From positions 64,001-128,000 of the IMG/VR virus record IMGVR_UViG_3300023116_000009: DNA of 64,000 nt, one strand, 5' to 3'. The notes beneath the pieces are model-generated. The model had not been told where the DNA came from. It ran no database searches and saw nothing but the letters and a program-made list of their open reading frames with translations. The first letter of the stretch is position 1; each line of letters starts with the position of its first letter. Shown piece by piece: positions 26,000 to 36,681 of this stretch. Position numbers and translations under genes: made by a program. This stretch comes from a virus.

Positions 26000-26640
26000 T
26001 AGAGGGTCTCCACAAACTCCGCTGCTCTGTCGAAGTTTTCTGAGATCATATCAGTAAACTTATCTTGATTAGATTCACTCATTTCCATCCAAGTAAAAAG
26101 AAACTTTTCCTTTTGCTCTGGCGAAAGAGTTGCAAACTGTTCATTAAGTTCAGTAAATGCACCTTCCCAGTCAAAAGAATTGTTCTGCTGCTTTCTTTCG
26201 GAAGATGCTTTACTTACATCCTTAGCAACTTGCTGTTGGCGAGCACCTGCTTTCTTTGCATAGTCCTTTGCCTTTGCTTTAGATAATGCTTGAATCTCTT
26301 GCTTGCGATTTGCAGCACGCTTCTCACGCTCTTGCTTCTTTTGCAGTTTGCGTTTTGTCTGAATCATACGCATTGCTGCGGATACTTCAGTATTTTTATT
26401 ATCTTCTTCGTGAATGACAGTTTGGTCTTCCATGGTTTCTTCTTTTAATCTAGCGTTTCTAATCCTTTGAAAAATATCGGTTTTGAACTTGCGCTTCCGT
26501 TTCCTAACAGGGGGTGAGTCAGGGGGAAGACCAGCAATCGCACCAGAAGATGCATTGTTGGTAGGAACTTCCTCAGTATATACTCTACCATTCATTTTTA
26601 GAGTTAACACCTTCATAGTTTTTGAAGTTCCTGAATACAA
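25999..26640 (-). CDS. hypothetical protein
   Basis: EEVPTNNASSGAIAGLPPDSPPV motif; start uncertain. Confidence 0.55.
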   Translation of the reverse strand: MYSGTSKTMKVLTLKMNGRVYTEEVPTNNASSGAIAGLPPDSPPVRKRKRKFKTDIFQRIRNARLKEETMEDQTVIHEEDNKNTEVSAAMRMIQTKRKLQKKQEREKRAANRKQEIQALSKAKAKDYAKKAGARQQQVAKDVSKASSERKQQNNSFDWEGAFTELNEQFATLSPEQKEKFLFTWMEMSESNQDKFTDMISENFDRAAEFVETL

Positions 26641-26975
26641 AATTGATCGATTTGAATCGTATCATTATTTATTTGCGGATATCGATTCAAGTAAATCATA
26701 AAACTTTTTAGAACTGTCCAATACTCACTAGAAATTTTATAGAAAAGTAATGGAGTTGCCGCTTCACCAAAAACATTATAAATGATAATCATATGATTTA
26801 ATATCAAGTGTAGTTTGAGGTTGCCCGTCTTTAAATAAGTTTTGAGCAACCTCTTTAGATACTTAAATCTTTTAAGATCATCGTAGAAGTCATCCTTAGT
26901 TACTGCCTGAGGATTATCATAATGTTTAATTGCAAAGAAGAGGTAGTTATCCTCATTCAATTCAGTAAACTTCAT
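26613..26975 (-). CDS. conserved T4-like hypothetical protein
   Basis: FAIKHYDNPQ...RFKYLKRLL...LILNHMII.YNVFG. Confidence 0.75.
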   Translation of the reverse strand: MKFTELNEDNYLFFAIKHYDNPQAVTKDDFYDDLKRFKYLKRLLKTYLKTGNLKLHLILNHMIIIYNVFGEAATPLLFYKISSEYWTVLKSFMIYLNRYPQINNDTIQIDQFCIQELQKL

Positions 26976-26981
26976 AGATTA

Positions 26982-27560
26982 TCATGCAATAGTGAGAGTA
27001 AGGTCATCACCAGAACCACCTGCACCCAGGATATTGGTGTAAGTAAGTTCAGATGCAACAGAGGTGCCCTTATCAAAGATAGTACCACCGTTCAGATCAA
27101 TTGGCAATCCAGGCAGTGACAGATCTTCTGCTTGTGAAGGAACAGTGAAGTCAAACTCAAGACGGTTTGATCCAGTTCCACGTGCATATGCTGCATTGAT
27201 GTTACCAGTTACACTACCAACAAGGGTAAATTGTGGTGTTCCAGTAACGTCAACTTGCTCGTTGTAGACAACAACAACGGTTCCAGTATCGCCCTGTGCC
27301 AGTGCTTCTTGCTCAAAGAATACAGCAGTGATGTCTGCCTCTCCAAGAGCAGCAGCAGGATCAGTTCCACCAGCAAGACCACCAATCGCTACCAGGACTT
27401 CATCCCAGTAACGTGCAGTATTCTTATCAGCACCCTTGTAGTGACGCAGAACCCATCCTTGCTCTGTTGCAAAGCAATCTTCAGCAAGACCTACCTTGTT
27501 TACATTATCTAACCACTTTGGTTTTGATTCGTCAGTTTCTGTTTTTCCCCAGAGAGGCAT
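26982..27560 (-). CDS. probable virion structural protein
   Basis: MPLWGK N-terminus, beta-rich body; TATAAATA at 27602-27609. Confidence 0.65.
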   Translation of the reverse strand: MPLWGKTETDESKPKWLDNVNKVGLAEDCFATEQGWVLRHYKGADKNTARYWDEVLVAIGGLAGGTDPAAALGEADITAVFFEQEALAQGDTGTVVVVYNEQVDVTGTPQFTLVGSVTGNINAAYARGTGSNRLEFDFTVPSQAEDLSLPGLPIDLNGGTIFDKGTSVASELTYTNILGAGGSGDDLTLTIA

Positions 27561-27638
27561 CGTTAAACTCCTGTATAATACTATTTGATTGCGTATAAAG
27601 ATATTTATAAAAAAAGGAGGGTTACCCCTCCTGGTAGA

Positions 27639-27833
27639 TTATCGTTTGGGAGGGAATAGTGCTTTCTCTAATTCCGCTACCAAACGATCATCAATTTTAT
27701 TGTCAGTTCTTGATACTGCCTTTTTGGCAAGTTCAAGCATGAATCTCTTGATGAGATCATCAAGGTTGTCGGGGATTGCATCAACTGCAGCGTTGATGAT
27801 TTTGATTGCAAGTGGTACTAAAAAGTTTGCCAT
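27639..27833 (-). CDS. small amphipathic protein
   Basis: AVSRTDNKIDD motif; followed by a terminator at 27609-27631. Confidence 0.6.
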   Translation of the reverse strand: MANFLVPLAIKIINAAVDAIPDNLDDLIKRFMLELAKKAVSRTDNKIDDRLVAELEKALFPPKR

Positions 27834-27861
27834 GATTAAAACAGCAAGGTCAAATTATATA

Positions 27862-29076
27862 TCACTTTTTAGCGTTTTTATTGGCAGTAGCATACATGAC
27901 TTGCTTCGCCTTGTCACCATAACGTGCCTTAAGGTCACCCATATTCTTCTTCATGCCCTTGACAATATCTTCTTTCTTCTCTTTGTCAACTTCTTCGTTG
28001 ACACCATCTTGATACTTACGACGCTTGACTTTAGATGCTTTCTTTGCAAGGCATTTCTCACATCCACAATCTTCGCCTGAGCATGTTTCACACTCTTCTT
28101 TCATGTTGTTAGCACCTTTCAGTTTCTTATTCTTATCAAAGACACTCTCAGGATCAGTAGCATCTTCAATCTGAGGATTAACTACTACACCCTTAACATC
28201 CTTCTCAAGAAGTTCAGTTCTCCAATCAGAGTACTCTTCCTTCTTAGTTCCTTTCTTTGCTTTAATTGCAGCAGAGACCGTAGCACGTCTCTTGAGAAGA
28301 TAAGAATCAGATGCGTCCTTGTCACCGTCATTATCTACATCACCATCTTCTTTACCAACGGGATCCAGTTTCTTCTTCTCTTCAATCATTTCACCTTCTG
28401 CCTCAAATCCTGCCTTGACACAGTTATCAACAGTTTTACCACCCTTTTGTTTGGTGCCAGCAAGTTTGTATCCTTTCCAACATGCCTTACCATCAAGACC
28501 CTTTGCCTTACCTTCACTGATGATTTCAATGTATTGAACTGCAAGATCCTTCATACGCTCAGTGCCAAACTGAGCATCAATTGCTTCAATCAGTTCTTCA
28601 TCTGTCGAATTCTCTACAATAATTCTATCAACTTTAGATGCAATCTCTCTTTGCTCAGAGACATTCAATCCAAGCATCCACGCTGATAATTCTACAGTGG
28701 TATTCATCTTCTCTTCTTTAATCGGTTTAGTTTTATTTATACGCTGCTTAACTTCGGAAGGTTTCTTCAACATGTCATAATCAGATCCAGGTGCCATGTC
28801 AGATGCTAACTTACGATACGCATCAGTTCCAACTAAACGTTGATCAGAACTAACAGTAGATCCTGATTTGTTCCACTGTTTATATTCTTTAATATCAGTC
28901 ACCCAAGACCTAAACATTGTACCTTCTTCTGTAATAGCAATAACATAGTTAGGACCACGACGATGTACTTTCCCAACTACACCTTCACCATTCTGCACAT
29001 ACGAACCAACCTCATACAGGTTTCCATGCCTGTATGAGGTCTTTGTTGCATTTGAACTAAACTGTGAGAATTTCAT
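27862..29076 (-). CDS. modular hypothetical protein
   Basis: SH3/KOW-like N-terminus, CWKGY...VDNCVK, DVDNDGD, MYATA modules. Confidence 0.65.
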   Translation of the reverse strand: MKFSQFSSNATKTSYRHGNLYEVGSYVQNGEGVVGKVHRRGPNYVIAITEEGTMFRSWVTDIKEYKQWNKSGSTVSSDQRLVGTDAYRKLASDMAPGSDYDMLKKPSEVKQRINKTKPIKEEKMNTTVELSAWMLGLNVSEQREIASKVDRIIVENSTDEELIEAIDAQFGTERMKDLAVQYIEIISEGKAKGLDGKACWKGYKLAGTKQKGGKTVDNCVKAGFEAEGEMIEEKKKLDPVGKEDGDVDNDGDKDASDSYLLKRRATVSAAIKAKKGTKKEEYSDWRTELLEKDVKGVVVNPQIEDATDPESVFDKNKKLKGANNMKEECETCSGEDCGCEKCLAKKASKVKRRKYQDGVNEEVDKEKKEDIVKGMKKNMGDLKARYGDKAKQVMYATANKNAKK

Positions 29077-30225
29077 TTAATCTTCTTCTGATGAAACGTC
29101 TATGGACATTGATCTACTTTGTATATATTCATCCGAAAATACTCCAGCACGAACTCCTCTGACTACACTACCTTTATACTCTACATCATCAGATAAAGAT
29201 GGGTCTTTATAAGAAACGGTTCTGTATTCTTCACCTTGTCTAGCAAACAAAGTTGGTTCATAAGTGCCGTTCAAATCATTAATTTGACCCCTGTCAAGTA
29301 ATTTAGTTGTAAAATCCATACGAAGTTTTGCCCTTTTTCTTTTAGTTGCTCGTTCTATAATAGTTAAATTTACCTGCCCTTGAGCAAACAAATTTATATT
29401 ATTAGACGACAATCTATCTGCACCATTGTCAAAATCTTTACCAAACACAGCACGTTGTTTGAGGTTAGTGTCTTTGATTTTCATGTAGTATCCTCTACCA
29501 TAAAAATCAGTTTCTTGCTTTTCAGAAATTATTTTTCTAAATTCAACTACTTGTTCATGATCATGAATGGAATCTCCAGCACGACTAGAGATTCCAGAAT
29601 ACTGTTGGAAAGATCTAGCAGTATTTCCATCTTTATGTGAGATGAAAAATTTAGCAGCGCCGTTTACATCTATTCCAACAAAATCTGCTTTATGCCCAAA
29701 AGGACCAGGAACCATTCCAATAATGTTTTGATACAAATCACCTTTAATTAACACATGTACTGGAGATCCTCGCCCAAGATCTTCTAGTTTATCATTAAAC
29801 TTTTTGATAATCTCATACTCAGTTGCATTGTCTGGAGTTCCGTTAATATACGTTGCTTGAGGATTATTATTCTTAAAATTCTCAAGCAACGTATTTCTAA
29901 ATCCAGTTTTTAACCACGCATTTCCTATAAGAGGTTTAATTAAAATCCTAGTGAGTACAGATAAACCCTTTATCTCAAACGATAGAACCGTACTAGATCC
30001 TTGGGTACTCCATTCCCATGGGATCCCCTTTGTGTTTAAGAACTCTTGCATAGAATCATGAAGAGAGGTTCTATCTTTTGTTCTCATAACTATGTTATGA
30101 AGGGCACTAGAACTTTTTGGAGCAAAAGCTCCAGTCGATGGAATGCCAGATGTTCTTGGATCGTATCGACTAGAACTTATTGTACTCGAAATCAAACTCC
30201 AAAGTTCTTGGGGAGTGGTTGGCAT
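29077..30225 (-). CDS. hypothetical protein, possible PD-(D/E)xK nuclease
   Basis: KADF...FISHK...FQQY. Confidence 0.5.
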   Translation of the reverse strand: MPTTPQELWSLISSTISSSRYDPRTSGIPSTGAFAPKSSSALHNIVMRTKDRTSLHDSMQEFLNTKGIPWEWSTQGSSTVLSFEIKGLSVLTRILIKPLIGNAWLKTGFRNTLLENFKNNNPQATYINGTPDNATEYEIIKKFNDKLEDLGRGSPVHVLIKGDLYQNIIGMVPGPFGHKADFVGIDVNGAAKFFISHKDGNTARSFQQYSGISSRAGDSIHDHEQVVEFRKIISEKQETDFYGRGYYMKIKDTNLKQRAVFGKDFDNGADRLSSNNINLFAQGQVNLTIIERATKRKRAKLRMDFTTKLLDRGQINDLNGTYEPTLFARQGEEYRTVSYKDPSLSDDVEYKGSVVRGVRAGVFSDEYIQSRSMSIDVSSEED

Positions 30226-30237
30226 TTTTACTTTTAT

Positions 30238-30648
30238 TTATCTGTCGCCTTGCTTACGATTCTCTGAGAAGTAAACATCAAAGGCACCTTCAGGATAACG
30301 TTTCTGAAGTTTATTGACGTTAGTTTCAACCACTTCATCAAAAGAAACTTCTAGTGCCATACATGCTTGAGCAACGTACCACATAAGGTCACCCAACTCA
30401 ATAATAAGATGCTCTCGATTATCGTCGTTCCAAGGTTTACCTTGGAAAACCATCTTCTTAATGATCTCAAGGAACTCACCACCTTCAGCATTAATACCAA
30501 CCCCAGCAGTAAGCAGTCGTTCAATATTGGCACCCTGACGATCCAACTCGCCAATTCGATCAGCAAAATCAACAAAATTTGTTGAGCACTTAGAAGTAAC
30601 TGCTGCCACAAATTCTGCATAACGATCAAAATCAATATGCTTAGTCAA
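30238..30648 (-). CDS. mazG: MazG nucleotide pyrophosphohydrolase
   Basis: GINAEGGEFLEIIKK, ELGDLMWY; probable TTG start overlapping the gp41 stop. Confidence 0.9.
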   Translation of the reverse strand: MTKHIDFDRYAEFVAAVTSKCSTNFVDFADRIGELDRQGANIERLLTAGVGINAEGGEFLEIIKKMVFQGKPWNDDNREHLIIELGDLMWYVAQACMALEVSFDEVVETNVNKLQKRYPEGAFDVYFSENRKQGDR

Positions 30649-32008
30649 AAGTAAATCCTCCAAATTTGTTTTTGTTAGTAGGGGTTTCGTCGTCATTATC
30701 ACCTGCATCCAGGATGTCGTTCTGGGCAGATTGCTCACAATCATACAACCTCATCTTGGATCTGTCAATACCTATGGCAAACCTCTTATTGACAGTGATG
30801 TCGTTGTAACGATTCTTTAATTGTTTTACAAGTATCTGCCCGAGTTGCTCCGATTCTTCAGTGCTAATAAGGGCAAACATAAGATCAGCAGTAGCAGGGA
30901 GACCAAAGGACTCAGAAGTGTCAGTAAGGTCAACATCAGTGCTGCCATAACCGCTGCGAGTGGTTTGAGTAGCAGAGACGATTGGCACATTTTGTTCCAC
31001 AGCAAGACCACGAAGTTCTTCTGCAATTCCCTTAACCAAGGTGTACGAGTTAACAAAACTTGCCTTGAATCTTTGTGAAGTACAGATATTAAGGTAATCC
31101 ACAAATATAATATCGGGTCTAAAACCTTTCTTGAGAGACAGATCACTAATAAGAGACCTAAAATGTCCCACATGGGCAGATGCAGTAGGATATTCTTTAA
31201 TGATAAGTTTACCATTGGTCTTCTTCATCAAGTTAGTAACCTTACTCTCATACATTTTATGAGGTAAAGTAGCAAGATCTCGAATAGGAACACCAAGCAA
31301 GTTAGCATCAATACGTTCTGCAATCCTTTCTTCTGCCATCTCACAAGTAATGTATAGTACATTCTTACCTTGGAGAAGACATGCTGCTGCTACGTGGCAC
31401 ATGAACAAAGATTTACCCACACCAGTACCAGCGAGGGCAATGTTTAATGATTTATTAGGAAGACCACCCTTAGTGATCTTATTAAACATTGCTAAATCAA
31501 AAGGCATCTTTGCTTCTACAGTATTGTAGAAATCATATCTCTCTTGATAATCCCCTAAGTAATCGTGACCAATCCTATTATCAAAAGAAACAGCAATAGC
31601 ATCAGAAAGAATAGAAGGTATAGAACCTTTATCTCTTTCCTTATCATCACCATCAGCAATTTTAATACTATCAAGTAATGCAAGATAGATGGCACGATTA
31701 CGACACCACTCTTCTGTTGTATCTAGCAACCATTGGAAATCACATTGCTCATCTTCTAAGTTTTGTATGGACGCACTGACATTCTTGAAAGTGTCATCAC
31801 TCAGATGAGATGCTGCTTGGAGATCAACCTCCAGAGATTCTTTGGTTGGGCACTTTTCATACTTCTCAATGAAAGTTTTGATCAATTTGAAAAGTGTTAC
31901 GTTAGTGTCCGACTCAAAGTAAGACACCTTCAAATATGGAAACACTTGACGACGATATTCGTCGTTACATACAAGGTTTTTTAAAATTGTAAATTCAAGT
32001 GAATTCAT
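30641..32008 (-). CDS. gp41: replicative helicase gp41
   Basis: AGTGVGKS, VDYLN, SESFGLPATAD, KQLKNRY. Confidence 0.95.
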   Translation of the reverse strand: MNSLEFTILKNLVCNDEYRRQVFPYLKVSYFESDTNVTLFKLIKTFIEKYEKCPTKESLEVDLQAASHLSDDTFKNVSASIQNLEDEQCDFQWLLDTTEEWCRNRAIYLALLDSIKIADGDDKERDKGSIPSILSDAIAVSFDNRIGHDYLGDYQERYDFYNTVEAKMPFDLAMFNKITKGGLPNKSLNIALAGTGVGKSLFMCHVAAACLLQGKNVLYITCEMAEERIAERIDANLLGVPIRDLATLPHKMYESKVTNLMKKTNGKLIIKEYPTASAHVGHFRSLISDLSLKKGFRPDIIFVDYLNICTSQRFKASFVNSYTLVKGIAEELRGLAVEQNVPIVSATQTTRSGYGSTDVDLTDTSESFGLPATADLMFALISTEESEQLGQILVKQLKNRYNDITVNKRFAIGIDRSKMRLYDCEQSAQNDILDAGDNDDETPTNKNKFGGFTFD

Positions 32009-32556
32009 AAGTAATGCAAATAAGTGCTTAGAATGTATTTGTCCTCACTTATTGTAGGGTTTCCCCTGTGAGGTATCATCCATAGCGGAGGGAACACGAT
32101 CATTCTACCACGCTTTGGTCTGATAAATTTATTGATTCCAGCAAAATAAGTTTCTCCACCCTTCTCTACATCATTTAAGTAGATCAGGAATGTAAGAAAC
32201 CTTCTTGCGGATACATGATCCCCAACATCGACATGGGTATCAAATTGATCTGTAGTGCCTTTCCTATATTTCTTTACCCGTGGATACTCATATGTGTACC
32301 TCCCAGGTAACCATTCATCACAATCAACTTGATCCACGTACTTGTCTAGGAATGGATTGAGTTTATGAATACATTCTTGAACCATTGATTCATCAAACAC
32401 GTATTCATGAAATCTTGGTTTCAATTCATGGTCTATGAATTTTGCCTTTCCAGAATCAATACCACTATTGATATATTCAATCAAAAAGTCGCAGTAAGAT
32501 TCTGAAAAGACATTATCATATACTCTAATGAAATCTTCAATACTACTCAATGCCAT
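32005..32556 (-). CDS. 2OG-Fe(II) oxygenase
   Basis: HVD...YLNDVEKGGET...PHRG...KY. Confidence 0.85.
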   Translation of the reverse strand: MALSSIEDFIRVYDNVFSESYCDFLIEYINSGIDSGKAKFIDHELKPRFHEYVFDESMVQECIHKLNPFLDKYVDQVDCDEWLPGRYTYEYPRVKKYRKGTTDQFDTHVDVGDHVSARRFLTFLIYLNDVEKGGETYFAGINKFIRPKRGRMIVFPPLWMIPHRGNPTISEDKYILSTYLHYL

Positions 32557-33550
32557 ACTTAAACTCCTGCTCTGCTGCCCAATCAAGTTTCTCCATTATT
32601 TCTTCGGTGAAATATTTTTCGGGATCAGCAAGTACAGCAGAAGGATAAACAGAGGATTCGTTAATAACGACACGATTGCCCTTGCGCTCGAATACTCCGT
32701 ACTTCTCACCCAGTTCCAATAATCCATAGTACTTGTCAAGACCACGGGCATCGAAGAAGAGTCGAGTTGCAACTTGGGAGTTCTCCTTTGTAAAACGAGA
32801 TTTGTTTGCTTTAACTTTAATAATATTTCCTACAACATCAGTGCCATCTTTCTCTTTCGATTTAGAAAGATGAATGATTGTAGAAGCAGCATACTTAAGA
32901 CCACTGCCGCCCCCCATGTCGGTTTGTTCTCCATAGGGATTCATCGTTTTATATGTATGATTGGTTACAATCATAGGAACTCTCAGTTTACCAAGTTTAC
33001 TGGTAATGATTCTGAATACTGACTTAATGACTTGAGATTTAGTCATGTCTCGAACTTGTTTATCAGACAAGGCATCATCAAGTTCTTTTGCTGATGCCAA
33101 CATGCCAAGAGAATCCAAGATAATCAAAAGAGGTTTACGATCCTCTTCCTTTGTCTTGAGAAGATTATCAAGGATGCGAATGATTTGAGTACGAAACTCT
33201 TCAATAGTGTCTACTGGAAAGTGCCATGCACGCTCTGGATCAATACCCCTGTTCTTGAAAAGATCTGAAGTTGCTGCTGCTTCACTATCAAAATAGAAAA
33301 CTGCACCATCAGGATTATTGTCAAGGAAGTTCTTAGCAATAGCAATTGCATAAAAAGTTTTGCCAGTTGCCTGTTCACCTGCAATAGCAGTGACTCGGTT
33401 GTCAGGTATTCCACCATGAATACTGCCACTCAACATGGCGTTAAGGATATAAGATCCCGTAGGAATGTATCCCTGTTCGGTAGATGATTCCGAAACTACT
33501 TTAGCATATTCATTCTTTGCCTCTTTGGCAAGTGTTTCAAAAATACTCAT
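32543..33550 (-). CDS. uvsX: RecA-like recombinase UvsX
   Basis: GEQATGKT, FDSE, DSLGML, GGSGLKYAAS. Confidence 0.95.
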   Translation of the reverse strand: MSIFETLAKEAKNEYAKVVSESSTEQGYIPTGSYILNAMLSGSIHGGIPDNRVTAIAGEQATGKTFYAIAIAKNFLDNNPDGAVFYFDSEAAATSDLFKNRGIDPERAWHFPVDTIEEFRTQIIRILDNLLKTKEEDRKPLLIILDSLGMLASAKELDDALSDKQVRDMTKSQVIKSVFRIITSKLGKLRVPMIVTNHTYKTMNPYGEQTDMGGGSGLKYAASTIIHLSKSKEKDGTDVVGNIIKVKANKSRFTKENSQVATRLFFDARGLDKYYGLLELGEKYGVFERKGNRVVINESSVYPSAVLADPEKYFTEEIMEKLDWAAEQEFKYGIE

Positions 33551-36042
33551 GCGAATAGAAACTCCAAGTTAACTTCTTTTTCTGTTTTCCAACCAATCAC
33601 GTCAAGAATAATCTTGAGTGGATCCAAGAATGATTTTTGAAATTGCATCTTGTAATCGATGTTCTTGCTTATGTTAATTTCACCAGGGAAATTAGAAATA
33701 AACGAGATGACATTTTCACCAAGAATGTTAGGTGTTTGCAGATATACAAACTTAATCTTTTCCCCCTCTTGGATCAAAGGATACTTGTGAATAAGTTTGT
33801 TCTTTTTGAGTTGGAAGTTGTAGAGGAGAGAACCTCGTACATGGATTGGGCAACTCTTCTTATACAGGGTAGCATCTCCCTTCCACTTTGTCAATCCATT
33901 CACGCTCCGAGGGAACGCAATCTGCTCAGGTGGCATTTGATAAAAGTCACTTTTAAATTTGTCAATGAACTTAATCAAATCCTCTTCCGTTCGAGTCATG
34001 ATAATATTGAGTGCTTCTTTAATCTTAGTCCTACAAGGTGCAGGAGTGGAAGATTTAACTGCTTCAATACCCATCATCTTCAGTTTAGGTTCTGCATAGC
34101 GGACACCTTCACTGTCCCAAACATTTAGAATGTAGCGTTTCTTTGCTGTCCAAATTCCTTTGTCAGCAATGTTCTCACGCTTCATAATCATCTTTTGCTC
34201 ATATGCCGAAACATAATCCGCAAGTTCCTGATAACTGGATTCGATGAACGGTTCCAATTTGTCCTGACAGATCTTATCCAATATGGAAACAATTGCTGCT
34301 TTATCGCCAGACCTAGCACTAAAGAATTTATCAACAAGAGGTCCAAGATTAAGATAGATTGAGTCGGTATCGCTAGCGATAACATAATCGACTTCCTCCG
34401 TTTTTAACAGGTTATTTAGGTAACCATTCATCTTATTCTCAATCCAGCGGATTGATACCTGACCAGAGAGCGTAATCGCTTCTGCATTGGCAAGCTTGTA
34501 ATACCTGAAATACTGGTTGCCAATAGCACCATAAGCACTGTTAAGTTGAATCTTACGTGCCATCTGGATGTTATTGAATTTAGAAATGTCCTTAATAAGT
34601 TGAGGATCTTTCGTATTCTCATATTCTTGCTTGGCAACAAGCATCTTCTTTTTGTAAATCTTTCGTTCATTGTAAATCTTTTCCATCAATTCAGGAAGAA
34701 ATCCACGAACATCTTTCTTGTATTGTGCCCCATTAGCACAAACACAATTGTCACCATCAATTTCAACCTTCTTATTAAGAATGCGATCTACTGTTGCTGA
34801 TGGGTGTCTGTTTTCAAGTAACGTCTCTGGCGAGATGTTGTACTGCATAATGAGGTGAGGGTATAGGGAGTTGAGATCAAAAGAGACCACCCATTCATAA
34901 AGACCTGGAACGGGTTCTTTAACATACGCCCCAGCGTACTTTGAATCTTTGTCATTTTTTTCATTGGGAGGAACAACAATACCTTTCGGTGTAAGATAGT
35001 TATAAATGATACTATCCCACATACGTACCTGATAGTAAACATCTTCAAAATTAACCTTAGCATCATATGCAAGATTAATTGCAAGATCAATTAGTTTCAT
35101 CTTGTCTTCCAAACGGTCAACAAGTTCCACGTCATGAATGTTATACGTAACAAACTTCTGCCAATTCTGAGTATAAAAATCCCTAAAGGTTTCAAACTCA
35201 GAGTGATCTAGTTTCTGCTCGCCCAGTTCGACATTGGCGATATGGTCAAGTCGATAGGATTCTTGGTTAGTGTATGTAAACTTTTGATAAAGATCAAGAT
35301 AGTCAAGGACACTGACACCAATGATATCGTAAACAATATTAACTCTGCCTTTAATTTCAACTTCCTTTTCATAAACCTTGTTCCAAGGAGAAAGAGATTT
35401 CATGTGTTTTGTAGAAAGAATCCTATCAACCCTCCTACAAATATATGGAACGTCGAACAGTTTGACGTTCCACCCAGTCAAAATATCTGGGGTATTCTGT
35501 GCCCACCATGCAAGAAAATCTTTCAGCATGTCTTCTTCTTTCCAGAAGACACGATACTCAACGTCACTCCGAGAGTTTTCATACTCACGGGTTCCCCACA
35601 CAATTAATTTCTTGGAAGAGAAATCTTTTACAGTAAGGCAAAGAATTTCTTCTGAGGTTTCTCTAATATTTGGAAATCCATTCTCAGAAGATGTCTCAAT
35701 ATCAATCGTATAAATCCTCAGCAAAGAAGAATCATAGTCGATTTGTTCTTCAGTAAAATTGTCACTGATGTATTGATACAGAAACTTATCGTTACCGTAG
35801 ATTTTGAAATTGTCTACGTCTTTATACTGATCAATAAACTCTCTGGCATCTTTTACTGATTCAAAATTAATCTTTTGGGCATATCTACCCTCAAGAGTTT
35901 TGTATTCTGTTTGCTTATTTGTTGGAGCAAACAGAACTGGAGAGAAAGATTCTTCATATTGAACACGTTCATCGTTTTCATATCCAATGTAGAGAATCTT
36001 ATCTCCACTCAAAAACACATTACTGTAGAAGTTCTTCGTCAT
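33547..36042 (-). CDS. gp43: family B DNA polymerase gp43
   Basis: DIET exonuclease motif, SFDLNSLYP, KIQLNSAYG, SDTDS; no intein. Confidence 0.97.
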   Translation of the reverse strand: MTKNFYSNVFLSGDKILYIGYENDERVQYEESFSPVLFAPTNKQTEYKTLEGRYAQKINFESVKDAREFIDQYKDVDNFKIYGNDKFLYQYISDNFTEEQIDYDSSLLRIYTIDIETSSENGFPNIRETSEEILCLTVKDFSSKKLIVWGTREYENSRSDVEYRVFWKEEDMLKDFLAWWAQNTPDILTGWNVKLFDVPYICRRVDRILSTKHMKSLSPWNKVYEKEVEIKGRVNIVYDIIGVSVLDYLDLYQKFTYTNQESYRLDHIANVELGEQKLDHSEFETFRDFYTQNWQKFVTYNIHDVELVDRLEDKMKLIDLAINLAYDAKVNFEDVYYQVRMWDSIIYNYLTPKGIVVPPNEKNDKDSKYAGAYVKEPVPGLYEWVVSFDLNSLYPHLIMQYNISPETLLENRHPSATVDRILNKKVEIDGDNCVCANGAQYKKDVRGFLPELMEKIYNERKIYKKKMLVAKQEYENTKDPQLIKDISKFNNIQMARKIQLNSAYGAIGNQYFRYYKLANAEAITLSGQVSIRWIENKMNGYLNNLLKTEEVDYVIASDTDSIYLNLGPLVDKFFSARSGDKAAIVSILDKICQDKLEPFIESSYQELADYVSAYEQKMIMKRENIADKGIWTAKKRYILNVWDSEGVRYAEPKLKMMGIEAVKSSTPAPCRTKIKEALNIIMTRTEEDLIKFIDKFKSDFYQMPPEQIAFPRSVNGLTKWKGDATLYKKSCPIHVRGSLLYNFQLKKNKLIHKYPLIQEGEKIKFVYLQTPNILGENVISFISNFPGEINISKNIDYKMQFQKSFLDPLKIILDVIGWKTEKEVNLEFLFA

Positions 36043-36283
36043 CAGGGGGAACAAGTTTCTGGTACTTAGAGAGGATCTCTGGGTCTGGATCTGCCAGTGT
36101 AGCAAGGGATTCGGAATAAAGCAAGACATTCCTTTGCTTGGAATATCTTGGGAATTCCCTGAGTTCACCCTCTACAATCTCCATTGGGTCTGCCAAGAAG
36201 CAAGAGGGTTCCATCTCCATCTCCGAAATGTTAGAGATTAAATAAGTACCATTACGAAGTAGGATCAGTTTTATATCCATCAT
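36020..36283 (-). CDS. hypothetical protein (Sm-like fold suspected)
   Basis: IKLILLRNGTYLISNI. Confidence 0.6.
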   Translation of the reverse strand: MMDIKLILLRNGTYLISNISEMEMEPSCFLADPMEIVEGELREFPRYSKQRNVLLYSESLATLADPDPEILSKYQKLVPPDDEELLQ

Positions 36284-36681
36284 TATGCACTTTCAATAGG
36301 GGTTTCAGTAACTTCTGGAATTTCTGGGGCAGCAGGTTGATTCTGAGCAACTTCCTCATCAAGAGCAATGTTGTTCTTTGCACAATAATCACGCAGGATA
36401 TTATCATGCGGATCATAAATCGTAACTAACCAATCTGCAGGGATGATAAATGAACGCTGCTTAGAAAGAGGTGCCCAATGAGTATACCGAACAGAATACT
36501 TTGTACGTGGTGCATCTTCACCTTCTACCTGAAGTTCATCAGATTCTTCAGCGGTGAGTTGCATCACAAATGGATTTGAAAGATGATAGGCAACGATACC
36601 TTTATTTTCAGTGTCCAAAATTTCTCTGGCGTCGGAGATAACATCCTCGCCAGATTTCAACAGCATAACTTTAACGGTCAT
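36283..36681 (-). CDS. hypothetical protein (Sm-like fold suspected)
   Basis: VMLLKSGEDVIS...WAPLS...WLVTIYDP. Confidence 0.65.
   Translation of the reverse strand: MTVKVMLLKSGEDVISDAREILDTENKGIVAYHLSNPFVMQLTAEESDELQVEGEDAPRTKYSVRYTHWAPLSKQRSFIIPADWLVTIYDPHDNILRDYCAKNNIALDEEVAQNQPAAPEIPEVTETPIESA

Noticed and set aside
12209-36042. Introns or inteins in psbA, nrdA, nrdB, gp41 or gp43
   Set aside because: All are uninterrupted and of normal length
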